The notes below the pieces were generated by a model, which saw only the letters and a program-made list of their open reading frames with translations, searched no databases and was not told the origin of the DNA. A stretch of DNA of 64,000 nt. Origin: Chlorokybus atmophyticus. Lineage: Eukaryota; Plantae; Mesostigma and Chlorokybus algae. Made by a program: the position numbers and the translations under genes. The stretch is from the NCBI GenBank assembly GCA_009103225.1, contig RHPI01001056.1:1-64000 (forward strand). The letters run 5' to 3'. Shown piece by piece: positions 21,745 through 35,079 of this stretch. Each line of letters begins with the position of its first letter. Positions within the stretch are counted from its first letter, which is position 1.

Positions 21745-22390
21745 TGTAAATGCAGGTTGGACAGATTGTGTGTGTTGTAAGGATAGTTGCAGAAGCAACA
21801 AACAATTCTGTGCTGATGGATAATCATAATATTTGGCGTTTACTGAATATTCTCTATGCGGATGGTTACTCATACATTTCTCCACAGATTGTTCATGTTG
21901 TTTGCATGCTGAGGTTTACCCGGTCATGATAGCAGTAAGATAATAAACAACCTGTCGAGAAATAGACGAGTAACAAATCGCGTGTGTTGCAAGGGTAGCT
22001 GCAGTAGCAGTAGCAGTAGTTGCAGCAGTAGTTGCAGCAGCAACAAGCAAACCTGTTCTGATGGATAATCAAAGTACTTGGCGTTTGCTGAATACTCTCT
22101 ATGCAGGTGGTTACTCGTCTATTGTTGCACAGATTGTTCATGTTGTTTGCATGCTTAGGTTTACCCGGTTATGATAGCAGTAAGGTAATGAACAACCTCT
22201 GGAGAAATAGACGAGTGACCACCTGCATAGAGAGTATTCAGCAAACGCCAAATACTTTGATTATCCATCAGAACAGGTTTGCTTGTTGCTGCAGCAACTG
22301 CTACCGCTACTACTACTGCAATTACTGCTACTGCTACTACTGCTACTGCAACTACCCTTGCAACACACGCAATTTGTCCAACCTGCACTT
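21745..22390. repeat. Direct duplication plus long inverted repeat (foldback/MITE-like)
   Basis: ~230-bp unit duplicated in tandem; 21973-22123 is inverted at 22206-22377. Confidence 0.85.
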
Positions 22391-23652
22391 GTAGTCCATG
22401 ATGCTGATATTGGCAGTCAGAAGCTAGGTATATGGCGACAAGCACAAACCTGCTTATATATACAACAACGTTCCAAGAATTCGGTGCATGCTACATGTAA
22501 ACAGTATCACGTAATGCTGGTGACCGTCGTGCAAAGTGCACTAGCACTGCTTATTCAGGTTGGAACGTGTTGCTTGGTCACGACCATGCGCGGCTTCCTC
22601 CACACGGGTACACTCGTATGTAATAATAGTTGCTTTATAATGGTTAGTATACTTGTTCATGTAAATATCGTGAAACATAACGCATCGTATACTCCACACA
22701 TTGTGGTATGCAATGATTGCTGGTTATGTGTCGCTTATGTATCGCACACACACATTGCGTGTGGGCATGCAAACATGGACATACTGCACATTTTCCCTCT
22801 TGTCAAATTGAATGCTTACATAATAGTGACGATAGTATATTTGTTAATTGCAATATGTTAAGTCATATGTGATTTCGTTGTTGAGTACGCAAACCGCAAT
22901 TTTTTGCTCGATGGAGTGTAACACTGATATTGCAATGTAACATACATGTAAAGATGGATTCTTTTTGTAGATATTATAAAAGGCATAAAGATTCGATTTT
23001 TGTAGGAATAGCAACCACGTGCGTGAATGACAGTGCCACCCGGTTTGGCTTGAAGCATGTATACTTCATGCGCAACCCGTATTATTGAAATAGATTGTAT
23101 ACAAATTTGAACGTTACACACAACAGTCACTTGAATTACAGTGTGATAGTTATAACATATACCAGATTCATCTGCTATGATTATACATGCGATTGAAGCT
23201 CATAAACAGAAACGGAGCACAATAAAGCACTTAACATGTAGGTAGGCGTGAGCAACCAATGTCTGTGCCTTAGCGTACAACACTATGCATTATGCACATG
23301 TAACTAGCCATTTTGTTTAAGGTTGATTGTTTACATGAGCGCTACGAGACACTGATAGCATGTTTCCGCATGATATCCATCAAATTGTAGATTATAAACA
23401 CGCGCATATGTATGTGTTACATCAGAATCGTGCATGATGGAGGTATACACGAATACAAGAATAGCCAATCATGAAACCATCTGATGATCGTTTACATTAT
23501 ACACGCATGGATGACGAGGCGTCGTGTCAACATGCGTGACGAGGTACTGCGTACAACTTATATGTCATGATAAGCACGACACCTGCACTTCAAGACTCTT
23601 GACGCAAGAGAAGGTTGCTCGAGTACATGTATTGACAGCCTGGTGACATGCC

Positions 23653-24148
23653 TGTAACCGGATCTGTGCGAGGTCCCGGTGCCGTCACATCACATCACCT
23701 CCCCTCCCACCCACCATGGCGGCGGCCGCTGTCACATCATGCGCAAGCCAGAAGCCACGCATCACACAGAGGCCTCCCCAAGAAAGAATGGCAACCTGGC
23801 GTACACGACACCCGCCGCAACCCACGCCGGCGGGGGGGGGTCAACGTCAGTGCTTGTGAGGGATGGAGGGAATGGCTGGTGGGCTCCCTGTGCTGCACCA
23901 ACCACAGGTGTAGGCCTTATCATTGAGACATGTGTTCTTTACCCTGCACTTGGTTCCCCTTCCTCTGTTCGATGGTCCTAGGAGGACCACAGAGGGGAGG
24001 AGACCGCCAATGCATGTGAGGAGAGGGGGTAGAGGCAGTCCCCTCGCATAGTCCGCTCCAAGCGTGGAGCACGACAGCCGCTAGGGCAATGATCAAGAGG
24101 AAAGAAGATAGATGGTCTTGGCGGCATGGGATTGATGCTCAGGTTACT
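23653..24148. mobile_element. Possible degenerate solo LTR
   Basis: TGTAAC...GTTAC ends flanked by TGCC on both sides, but the terminal A is missing. Confidence 0.25.
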
Positions 24149-24597
24149 GCCAGCTGTAAGGGAAGCGAAGCGGCTGCTTAGCTTGAAGCAACTAGCTTTC
24201 CCTTGAAACTACCTTTGTCGTTGTCGTTGTCGTTCCCAAGAGACATCTGTTCCAGAGACAACGTAAATCGCCCGCAATTGAGTAGAGTGATAGATGATCA
24301 CAGGCTGTCAGCCCTTTTAGCCTGATCTGATGTTCAATCCATCGGTAGTAGCCAGCTGAACGCAAAGAGATTCATTCAATTGTCGCTCCCTGGCTTGGAG
24401 CAGGTAGTGCTTGATTGCGTTGATGAGGTAATACCTGTACCCTCCTGATCGTTGCCAGCAGATCTGCTTGAAGCTTGATAGTTGTCTTGCTCTCCTGTCC
24501 TTGTGCTCTTGTGCAGCAGGCTCAGCCAGGCTAGTTGCCAGTCAGGTTGACATTGCACACCGAGAGACTAGCTTACGCCTTGTCCGAGCAGGGAGTG

Positions 24598-27500
24598 ATG
24601 AACCGCATCCGGTCTGGAGGTTCCTTTGGAGACTTGCAGCGGAGCCAACAGCAGCAGTCTTTGTCCTCCCCGACCTATTATGTCAAGCCAAGGTCGCCGC
24701 GGGGGCCGGGTGGCAGACAGCCGCGCGCAAGGTGAGCACTTGTGCAATCTGGGATAAAGTAACAGTATATCACGTGAATCGTTTTTGGTTGTTGTTGTTG
24801 TTGTTGTTGCGTGCGTAAGTGGTGGGTGGGGTGGGGGTGGGGTGGGGGTGGGGGACAGCTTCATACTTTGTTGGTTAAGTCATCATGCTCAAGACGACTG
24901 TGTTGTTTGTAGGGGGTCAGGCTGGAAGGCGCTCAACCACTCGTCCACCATGGCGTACGTGTGCTTCGGAGGTAATGCTGCCATGCATGCATGCATGTGT
25001 AGTTCGTTGCATCTGCGCGCATGCATATGTGAGGGTGCATGTGCCTGTGTACGCAAGGTGAAGTCTATAGATGTCGATTGCTGCTTTTACCTGTCCATTA
25101 CAGCTCTCCTGATGCTCTCTGTCGTCCGCGGCCCCGCACTGGCCCGCGAGTACCTCTCCCCCACCCTGTATCGCATAATTCACGCATTCCACCCGGGCAC
25201 CAACCCTCACCACCACTCCCAGGCAAGGCAGTGACAACATCACACTCACCAAGCATGACTCCACTTCCAACTGACACAACAACAACAACAACGCTGTATG
25301 CACGATCAGGGGGATGGTGGACAAACATCCTCGCGCAAGGTGTGCATATTGAGCGCGGACACGTACGGCGCCAAAGGCATGGCCGGCACCGCCACCGCCT
25401 ACTGGCTCCTCGCCCACACTCTACTACAAACCCACACCTACCACATAACATGGATCTCCGCCCCCTTGATCCAACACCTCAACTGCACCGCCCTCGCCAC
25501 CCTCTACGCCCGCCACGGCCTCGCCCACGTGTGTCTGGACCACGTGGAGCGCAGCCGAGACTGGTCCACGTCACCCTACGAGCGACTCGGGAAGTTGGCG
25601 TTGGAGTGGCTTGAGAGTAATGTGGATGCGTGCGATGTGTTGCATGTGCATGAGTGGGGAGGGATCGCGAGGGAGGTGCTGGCGGCAAGACGGACCAAGG
25701 GACTGTTCAAGGTGAGGGAGCGAGTTGGGTGTGGTGGGTTGTTGGACAGCGGTGATGCGGTGGAGGGTCGTGTGCAGGATGTGTTTGTGGTTGTTGGTAC
25801 GCACGGCGGGCACATGTGGTCGAGGGCTGTCGGGAATGAGCCGCGGCCGGCGGACTTGTTCTCTCTCGCTACCGACTATGCGGGTAGGTAGATTGAAGGT
25901 TGGGAGTTGTGTGTTTGGGGCACCCGGAAAGGTAGATATGTTGTGTGTGCAGAGCGTTCTGTGGTTGAGAATGCGGATGCGGTGGTGAGCCCAAGCCGTC
26001 ACATGCTGCACTTCCTGTACCAGCGGGGCTGGGCCATGCGGGGGGCCAAGATCATACCCAACATCATCGACGCGCCAACTGACTCGCCTGCAATCCCTGC
26101 GCAAGAAGAGGTGCGTGTGCGTGCGTGTGTATGCGTGTGGCTGTGGGGAGTTTGGGGGGCGCCACCGTGGCGGTGGGCGTGTCGAAGTGTGTATGTGTAG
26201 ATAGAGACGTTGAGACTGTGTGTGTGTGTGTGTGTGTGTGCGCGTGCATATACTCTTGCGCATGCACACTCATTGACAATATACCACACACCTACGCAGA
26301 TGCGCATGCACTCGCACATGTGCATGTTTGTTTTGCGTTGGTGTTTGGTATACTGTCAAATGTGCAAGCCATGGACACAACTATCACACCAGGTCCCTGT
26401 GCGGCGTGTGGCATTCTTTGGTAGACTCGAGTCACGCAAGGGCCTGCGCTTGTTCATGAAAGCGCTCAGCAAGGTTAGTCATCCGTCCACTCGCTCACTC
26501 ACTCACTCCACCATGTCCAATGCTTCATCATCCCAACGACACCACACCCCCAACAACAGCTGCAGCTCGACTGGCCCGGCGACCACACCAACTTCTCCGT
26601 GACGTTTGTCGGGTCTTTAAGCGACCCTTCCTCCGCCGCGTACGTGCGCCAGGAGTCGAGCGGGTGGCCGTGGCCAGTGCACATGATGTCCAACCTCACA
26701 CGAGAAGTGAGAGGAGAGAATACATGTATAAATCAAGATTCCACAGCATGCCCACATGTGGTTCTCTTGTTGTGCCAGGAAGCGCTTGCCTTCTTGCGGA
26801 GTCCTGGTGTGCTTGCGGTATCGCCCTCGCTGCACGAGAACGCGCCGTACGCCCTTGCGGAGTGCGCAGCGTATAGGGTGAGTGAGAGTTGCGAGGGGGT
26901 TGGTTTTGGCTTGACGTGTGTGGCTTCACCGTCTCATGCGTTCAGATCCCCACTCTGGTGGCTAACACGGGAGGCACGGAGGAGATGCTCGAGCGGGCCA
27001 CAGCGCAGAGAACGCTAGTGGAACCCACAGTAGAGGCATTCAGGGCGGCGATGCTGCAGGTGAGCGCTGCGCTGCGCTGCGTGCGTGTGTGGGTACGCGC
27101 GCACGTGCGTGTGGGTGCACATTCGTGGCGCACATGTCCCACACACGCATGCCACGTGAACAGGCATGTGTGTTTGCACGCATGCGCATGCTTCCTGCTA
27201 AAATTTGACACACGTTGTGGTACACGCTGTGCGTGCGTGTGTCCCTGCTACCGCACGCACACACAAGCGCACGCATCAATATACATACGTGTGTGCGTGC
27301 ACGTGCCCACATGTGCACGCTTACCTGCACATGTACAGACACGCGAGCACGTGCTCACACGCATGACCTAGCCAATGCGATGTTGTCCTCGACTGACCCC
27401 ACCCCCACACTCCACCCCAGGCCCTCCGTCGCGGTAAGCACTTCGTCCCCGTCCTCGCCCCGCGCGTCCTGGCCGCGAGCCGCGCGTGGCTGGACTGGCA

Positions 27501-29913
27501 CGCGCGCATCCCGCCGCCGCCCTACGCGCGCACGAGACAGCAGACGAACGCTCCGCGCAACAACCCGCAGGCAGACACCATCATCAAGGTAGAGAGTGGG
27601 GTATGCGTGTGCGCGCGCTTGTGTTGCCAACAAACACACATGTCCCTTGTGACAGGTTCTTGAGCCCGGCACGCCTGCGGTGCCACTCTGGAAGGAGCTT
27701 TGCGCTGCGGGCACACCATACAAGCAGCGCACCGTCCTCCTCGCTCCCTCCTCCTTCCTCCCCTCCTCCGACACCCTCTCCCTCCTCCACCGCGCCCTCT
27801 GGTCCACCACAGACTCCCTCTTCCCATCCCTGGACGCCGCCTCATCGATCGTCCCACCCGACACCAAACCCACGCACGCTGTCGTGGGAGGAGTGAGACT
27901 GAGCAATGGGGAAGTGGCTATCCCGACAGGACCACTCTGGCTAGCACACGTGGACAGAAACACACATACTTGTCTGGCGAGCTTCCCGATAATGGCGAGA
28001 AGAGACAGCTTCTGCGCTTACTTCTCAGCTGAGGCTAGGACATTCGATAACTATTCTTCTTGGCTGCTGGCGTTGTTCTTCGAGCAGGCGGATCACGACT
28101 CGGTGGCTACCGTGCCGTACGCGCTGCATGAGCTTGTGTTGGGTGAGAGTGAGGGTGAGGGTGAGGGTGAGGGTCGGGGGTTGGAGAGGTGTACAGATGA
28201 GGATCATCCGGTGCTGAGAGATGCGCCAAGGGGACTTGTGAATAATCTTGCGAGTATGGAGGCGATGTGGGACATTAGGATGAAGAAGGCGAAGTCGAGA
28301 GATGCTGTTGCTGGTAATGTGTGTGTGTGTGTGTGTGGGTGGTGGTGGTGGTGGTGGTGGNNNNNNNNNNNNNNNNNNNNNNNNNNNNNNNNNNNNNNNN
28401 NNNNNNNNNNNNNNNNNNNNNNNNNNNNNNNNNNNNNNNNNNNNNNNNNNNNNNNNNNNNNNNNNNNNNNNNNNNNNNNNNNNNNNNNNNNNNNNNNNNN
28501 NNNNNNNNNNNNNNNNNNNNNNNNNNNNNNNNNNNNNNNNNNNNNNNNNNNNNNNNNNNNNNNNNNNNNNNNNNNNNNNNNNNNNNNNNNNNNNNNNNNN
28601 NNNNNNNNNNNNNNNNNNNNNNNNNNNNNNNNNNNNNNNNNNNNNNNNNNNNNNNNNNNNNNNNNNNNNNNNNNNNNNNNGATGGATGAGCAGTGGTTGA
28701 CTTGGTAATGTGTTGTAGATAGTAGCAGGGATGCGGGGTCTCTCCAAGGCGATCACGGGTGGTTTTATGCGTACGCTCCCAACATGACTGCCCCGGCGGA
28801 GCTGCTGCAGTTCAATCCGGACCTCAAGCTGCCGCTGTTCGCGGTAAGCAGAGACTACAACGGTGCTCTGTGACAGAATGTATGCAGTTTCACCCGTTTT
28901 TCAATGACTGAACTGCTTTTGCAGAATGCGAAGTCCATGTCGGGAGCGTGGAGCTGCCCGGAGAGCGGATACCCACAAGTTGGTGCAGGTTGGTGCACAT
29001 CGTTTGTGCAAACGCCGCCAATTTACACAAGCCAAACATATCCAGACACGCGCACACGCATACTTGCGCGAATGCGTACTGGCACGTATATGGGCACGTA
29101 TATGGGCACACGCGCGCGCTCGCACGCACACATACACACACTGCGCACGTGTGCACGTGCACATGTGGTTGCATCGTCATTTGTGATGACAATCATCCCA
29201 CCCCTACACCTTCTATACAGCATACATGCATCCTTGCGGAGGTGGCCACTGTTGCAACGGCGTTTCAGCGAGCGTTGCAGTCATCCGCTACGACTCGTAT
29301 GTGTACTTGCAGGCAAGCTTACAGACCGTATCGCCTGTGTTCATTCGAGTGCCACGCAAGACCTGTCATTATGTGTCCAGAACGCCGAAGTCAACCTTCA
29401 CTTCAACTACAACGGCGAATGCGGGGACGGCGTCGATGTTGCACTGATGCACCGGTCGCGCGCTGACCCGAATGGCGAAGTCACGACTGTACTCAACAGC
29501 ATGACAGCGGGCCCAGGAGAGAAGGCAAGCATGCACAACAGACAGCAAGTAACACACACATGTGCGCGCGCATATGCATAATTGCAGACAGACATGCGCG
29601 CGCGCGCGTGTGCACACACACACACACACACATACAGGCGCACGTGCATGAGCACATACACGCACGCGCACGCACGCACACACGCACGTGCACGCACGCA
29701 TGCACACGCTACTCATCCACCCCTCTCTCTCGGTCCCAGATCGAGCGCGGCGAGCGCACCTGGCAGCACCATCTCGTCCTCTCCGTGGGCGACTCCCTCG
29801 AGGCGCGCGTGGGCCCGCGCGGCAGCCAGGACTGCGACGGGGTGGAAGTCGACTTGGCCGTGTACGCGACGAACCCGAGCGCGCTGAGGATGCACCAGAG
29901 AGCGAGGTGGTAG
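24598..29913 (+). CDS. Multi-exon type-II membrane glycosyltransferase: GT4 (GT-B) domain, GT-A/GT2-like domain and C-terminal domain
   Basis: KVCILSADTYG..GTATAY; VLHVHEWGG; ADAVVSPS; VAFFGRLESRKG; SPSLHENAPYALAEC; IPTLVANTGG. N-terminal hydrophobic anchor. The model spans an assembly gap. Confidence 0.8.
28361..28680. other. Assembly gap (320 N) next to a (GT)/(GGT) microsatellite
   Basis: Run of n characters. Confidence 1.
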
Positions 29914-30164
29914 CGGGGGTGAATGGTGTATCGGTAGGTGATCAGAGTTGACTCACACTATTGTTGGGGCTTTTGTGGCTGTATGTGTGCTCGCTGTGCG
30001 TGACACGCACAGCGCGCATTCAATAGCCAAAGAGCTTGTTGACGTATATACATTGGTGTGCAACTTAACATATGTTATAAGAGCATAGACTCATGGTACG
30101 GAACAACTTCCGTCCGATGTTGTATACAAGAGTTGTCTTTGCATCTGTCGTCTTCAAACTGATG

Positions 30165-32750
30165 TCATCGTCGCCCGGGTGTGCTGTAGACGAAGCCGTC
30201 CCGCACGACCGGCTTCACTTTTCGCGTGGACCTTCTCCCGGGCGTGACAGGCTGCACACGCCAGCCGCGGGTTACACGTCAGGAAACAACTTACCATGCA
30301 ACGTGACGCCATGCAACACATGTCCGCACAGAAACACACGCATGGACAGATAAACGGTGGCACTCGCACACGTACACATGTGCGCGCACGTGCAGACGAG
30401 CACGTGCATTGACTGCCAACAACACTCACCGCCTTGGTTGCTGAAGCAGGCACCGCACTATCTGCATCATCACCACCCGCGCTCCCACCTTCACATACTG
30501 CATTGGGCAACTCAATGTAAGAGAGTTGTCAATCACACGCCTATTCCACCAAAGCGCGTACTGGGAGGTGGTGTGTGCTGTTCTTCTGTCGATGCGTGTT
30601 GCAACCCCGTGACTTCAGTATCACGCTCCTCCTGCACACATCCACAAGTCAATCAAACCCATCTTGCACAGCAACCCTGCAAACACGTATCCCACGCACA
30701 CGCACCTGCGACACCACCTCTCCCGCGTGCGTGCTTGGATGGGTTTCAGATGACTCTTCGCGACATGGCTGTGGACTCTTGGGTTTGCGTGCAGAACGCC
30801 GCAAAGGCAGCTGCGTGCACACAGCATCAAAAGTGTGTGCACGCATTCGCGTGCGTGCGTGCTTGCTTGCGTGCATGTGGGCATGTGGGCATGAATGCAT
30901 GTTTATGAGCTTGTGCATTTTATTGTAATCAGTACGTACCTGAGGTGCACTTGACGCTGTTACTGCCACAAGTGAGTTGACCATCAGCCAATAATCGTGT
31001 GTGTTTGCGTTGCAATGCAGGAAAATGTGCGGCAGGTGTCATACCAGGCTCAAACTGAAGAGTTGTGAGTACAACATCAGCATCGTGCTGAGTAGGCTTC
31101 TTCTTCTTTGCTGTTCGGCACTTTGCCCGCTTTGACGAAGTCATTTTCGCCACAACAACCTCAATCTGGCAACAAAGACACTTGTTAACGAAACAGCAGA
31201 GAGTATTATCCATCATATCTCATTGCAATGCACTCTTACTGGTGTGGCTTCTTGTCCCGCAGCTCTTGCTTCCAATGCCTCCGCCTGTGCCTCTATTGTT
31301 GTTATTGTTGTTGGGTTGTTGTTGTTGGGTCCGGCTTCCTGCTGCTTTGCAATCGCGGCATTGGCGACGACAGCCAAGAAGCCAATGAGCATATCTGTGT
31401 GCGCAGCGGATAGAGGAGCTTTTTGGACTGGCTTCTCTTGGACGCGGGTCTCGCTTCCAACACGCTGCAAAGGCTTCTGTGCGGCTGTGGCCTTGGCTAC
31501 TGAAGTCTCGCTCTGTGATTGGTTTGGCTTCTTGGGAGTGGCTATTACGCGTTGCAGCTCGATGCCCGTCCCCGCAAGACTTTTGTTGGGCATGTAAGCG
31601 CAGCCTGACACAAGCGTGCGCGTGTGTATGTGCATGTACGCACAGTAGTTGAGATGGTGCGTGCATGTGTGCGCGCACACGTATGTGTGTACGCGTGTGC
31701 GTGTGCGCGTGCGTGCGTGCGTGCGTGTGCGTGTGCGTGTGTGTGTGCGCGTGTGCGCACACGTGTAGCTGTTGGATTCATAGGCATGTTGTGTATGCAT
31801 GTACAGCGGAAAGAAAAGTTCCAAAGCTTCACCTGTTGCATTCTCCAGGTACTCTTTGGTTGGCATCACCGGCGCGGGCTGCTTCATCGGCTCGTGAAAG
31901 TAGCCCTCTAGATTGACCGGCTTGACCTTGCGCGCCGAACGCCGCACAGGCGTCAACACCTCCTGTCAACACACACATTGGTCCCACACCAACACCACAA
32001 CAACAAGAGTGTTGTATATCACACCCACATCCGATCCGAGGTGCTCGCGTTGTTTGGGTGTCGCCCGCACGGGCGTGAGCACCGCCCTGCTACACGCCAT
32101 AACGTTCTCCTCCTCCTCCTCCTCCTCCTCCTCCTCACGCGGGTTGTTGTTGTACACCCGCTCGAACTTGGCCAGCATGGGCCACATGTTGGCCGCATCC
32201 CTCGCGGGCGACGCGGCCACGGTGTTGATGTTGTGTTGGGCGTCGGGCATGAGGACGCGGCGCGGGCCGGTGCGGAGAGGGGAGGGCGAGGGGGGGGCGT
32301 GCACGGCCTTGCCGCGGGTGGGAGTGCGCAGGGCACCGGAGGCCAGCACGCGCTGTCACGAGTGTCATAAGCGAGTCGAGCTAGTCTGTGATCTGTCAAC
32401 AGTGCCATGCTTACTTGTGGCGTTGGGGAGCATGGGACTCGCTCACTCTGTCGGTTGTGCGAGAGAAGCTTTGAGAGAGGTGTGCGTGGAGCAATGGCGC
32501 CAGCGCTCGTGTTGTCATCGCGATCCGCACCGTACATTAAGCGTTGCGGGTGCATCTGCATGTGACAAGGCTGGGCTGTGACGTATTAGTATTAGACCTG
32601 AAGACTGCTGTGTATTACGTGGTGTGTGCCTTGGTTCTCGTTGAACTGACACCGACACGCGCGCATATGCATACACAGACGCACATGCAACTTCTCGCTT
32701 GTACACACCTCGCTGTACTCCCCACCCCCGGTCCTGCCGACGTTCTCCAT
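30165..32750 (-). CDS. Hypothetical multi-exon low-complexity protein with repeated TPxRRSxRK motifs
   Basis: In-frame exons 32709-32750 and onward (MENVGRTGGGEYSE|MHPQRLMYG...). Motifs LTPVRRSARKVKPV, LPLRRSARKPKSP, TPGRRSTRKVKPV. Confidence 0.6.
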
Positions 32751-32959
32751 GGGAGCTGCAACCAACGTTCTAGGGTTCCAGTTTCCCTCTTGCTGCTCGC
32801 ACTACTCCTCCCCCTGCTCTCTCACCACCGCCGCCGCCGCCGCCGCCGTCAGTTTTCAAACTTGCAAAACGCAACGGTCGGGTGCCAAACCAGTTCGAGG
32901 AAGCAGGAGCCCGATCCGACTCGACCGATCTTGTTCTATTAACACCAGCGGCGGCGGCG

Positions 32960-32973
32960 TTAGGGTTAGGGTT
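32960..32973 (-). promoter_or_regulatory. Telo-box-like (AACCCTAACCCTAA) in the divergent promoter/5' UTR region
   Basis: TTAGGGTTAGGGTT between two head-to-head genes, one of which encodes a translation factor. Confidence 0.4.
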
Positions 32974-33119
32974 GGCGGCAGGGTTAAGGGGAGGCGGCGG
33001 GAGAAGCGAGGTGTGGGGCTGTGTTAACACGTGTGTGTGAGCGCACCTGGAGGTAGGCTTCGTTGCTAAGGGGAAGATCTGCGCAGTGGTTGCGTGACGA
33101 ACACGCACATCCCACAAGC

Positions 33120-35079
33120 ATGGCGGATGGAGGTACAGCCCTGTATTTGAGCTTCACATCCAATATTCGGTCAATACTGTTCATGATTCTGGATAGGCTG
33201 CTTACTCGGCGTTGACTTGCTGCATGCATGCTAGCATTCAAGCGGTTGATTCGTGCCAGTTGCTCGCGCATGAACGGGCTGGCATCCTCAAACGAAAACA
33301 CATATTGTAGGTTGATGCCAGTGTTCTAGGCGTTATGCAAAAACAGTGGCATCGTGAGTTTTTATTTTGCGTCCTGTCTAGTGGGACTAAATGTAATTTA
33401 GTTTTTCTGTCATTATCACAGCAGCGCCGCCGCCGGTGAGGTCATTCGCTGCTGCCGCCGCCCATGCCGATGACAATTCCCCGTTGAAAGTGGTGCAGAT
33501 TGATGGACTGGTACGCATGCCATTCGCACTTGCATGGCTACTATTGGAGCTGTTGTTGCAAGAGAGAATTGCCATAGTAACAGCTGCATGTGAGCATTTG
33601 GTGTCAAGTGTACGCGTGGTTATGGCTTCAGTTCCCGTATGCAAGTCTCTGTGTGCTTGCAGGTTTTGTTGAAGATTGTGAAGCATTGCAAGCAGCAGAT
33701 GCCCAGTTTAGTCACAGGGCAGCTTCTCGGTCTCGACATTGGCTCAACACTGGAAGTCACCAACTGCTTCCCATTCCCAGTAAGGCCTTCCAGTCTTCCA
33801 TCGTTTCTTGCTGCTTTTCGTCCATCCAGCGCTCTCGCCTTTTTCATGCTAGTACTAGTGCAAACATGCCTGGCAATGTGCAGAGCCGCAGCGTGGAAGA
33901 AGAGGATGAAGCCGAGGCGGAGGGCGCGAACTATCAGCTGGAGATGATGAGGTGTCTGCGTGAAGTTAATGTTGACAACAACACCGTTGGATGGTACGTC
34001 ATTCGCTTGCATGTCAAGAAGGTTCAAGTTATTGACAGTTGGTTGAGCTCACAGCACCACTACACACTTAGATACACGTGCACACGCACATGCGTGCACA
34101 TGCACATGCACGCACGTATGATACCTCCACACACCACAGCTACCCAGTGCTGGCACTCGAGCTCACATGCATTGGGCTATATATGTTGCGCAGGTACCAG
34201 TCAACATATATGGGTTCGTTTCAGACAGTCGAGTTGATCGAGACCTTCTTGAACTACCAGGAGAACATCAAGCGCTGCGTGTGCATCATCTATGACCCCC
34301 TGCGTTCGCAACAGGGCGTGCTTGCGCTGAAGGCCCTGCGACTAACCGACAACTTTATGGAGGTGTACCGCAGCGGCAACTTCACTACCGACAAGCTTAA
34401 GACGGCGGGCGTGTCGTGGCGAGACATCTTTGAGGAGATCCCCATCTCGCTGCACAATGCCTCGCTCGTGGGCGCGCTCATGGCAGAGCTCGAGCCAGAC
34501 ACGCTCGCCACGCAGTGCGATTATGATCGGTTAACGCTGTCGACAAACCCGTTTTTGGAGAAGAACTTTGAGTTCCTCATCGAGTGCATGGACGACCTCA
34601 GCATGGAGCAGCAAAAGATGGCGTACTTTCAGAGAAGCGTTGGAAGGCAACAGAGCCAACAGCAGGTATCATTTGGGGATGCATTGTTCTGTGCAGCGTG
34701 ATCAAGTTGTTGCAATGACAATGTAACCTATGGGTTACTACTATCTCAGGCCTGGCTGCAAAAACGCAAAGCTGAGAACATTCAGAGGAAAGCCACAGGC
34801 GAGGAGCCGCTTCCCGAAGAGGATCCCAACAACCCCATATTCAAGGCCATTCCAGAGCCGAGCAGGCTTGACGGCTTTTTGATCACCAACCAGATCTCCA
34901 ACTACTGCTCGCAAATCAACCAGTAAGTTCCCTTGACTTTGTGTTGTGATGTGTATTCTTCATATTGACGTATTGATGCTCCAAAAGGCAAGGCTCTGAC
35001 GCTTGTGTTGTGTAGGTTTGCTGGGCAGAGTCTTGGGAAGTTGTACTTGATGGAGTCTGTGCGAGATCATGGACACTGA
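33120..35079 (+). CDS. eIF3h: Eukaryotic translation initiation factor 3 subunit H
   Basis: [10 protein letters not shown]|[33 protein letters not shown]|..[24 protein letters not shown]|[54 protein letters not shown]. The first-exon ATG is tentative. Confidence 0.97.

Noticed and set aside
1950-22390. Tandem repeats as CRISPR arrays
   Set aside because: Eukaryotic context, degenerate units, no unique spacers and no cas genes.
28025-28756. Long ORFs containing X runs
   Set aside because: They read through the assembly gap.
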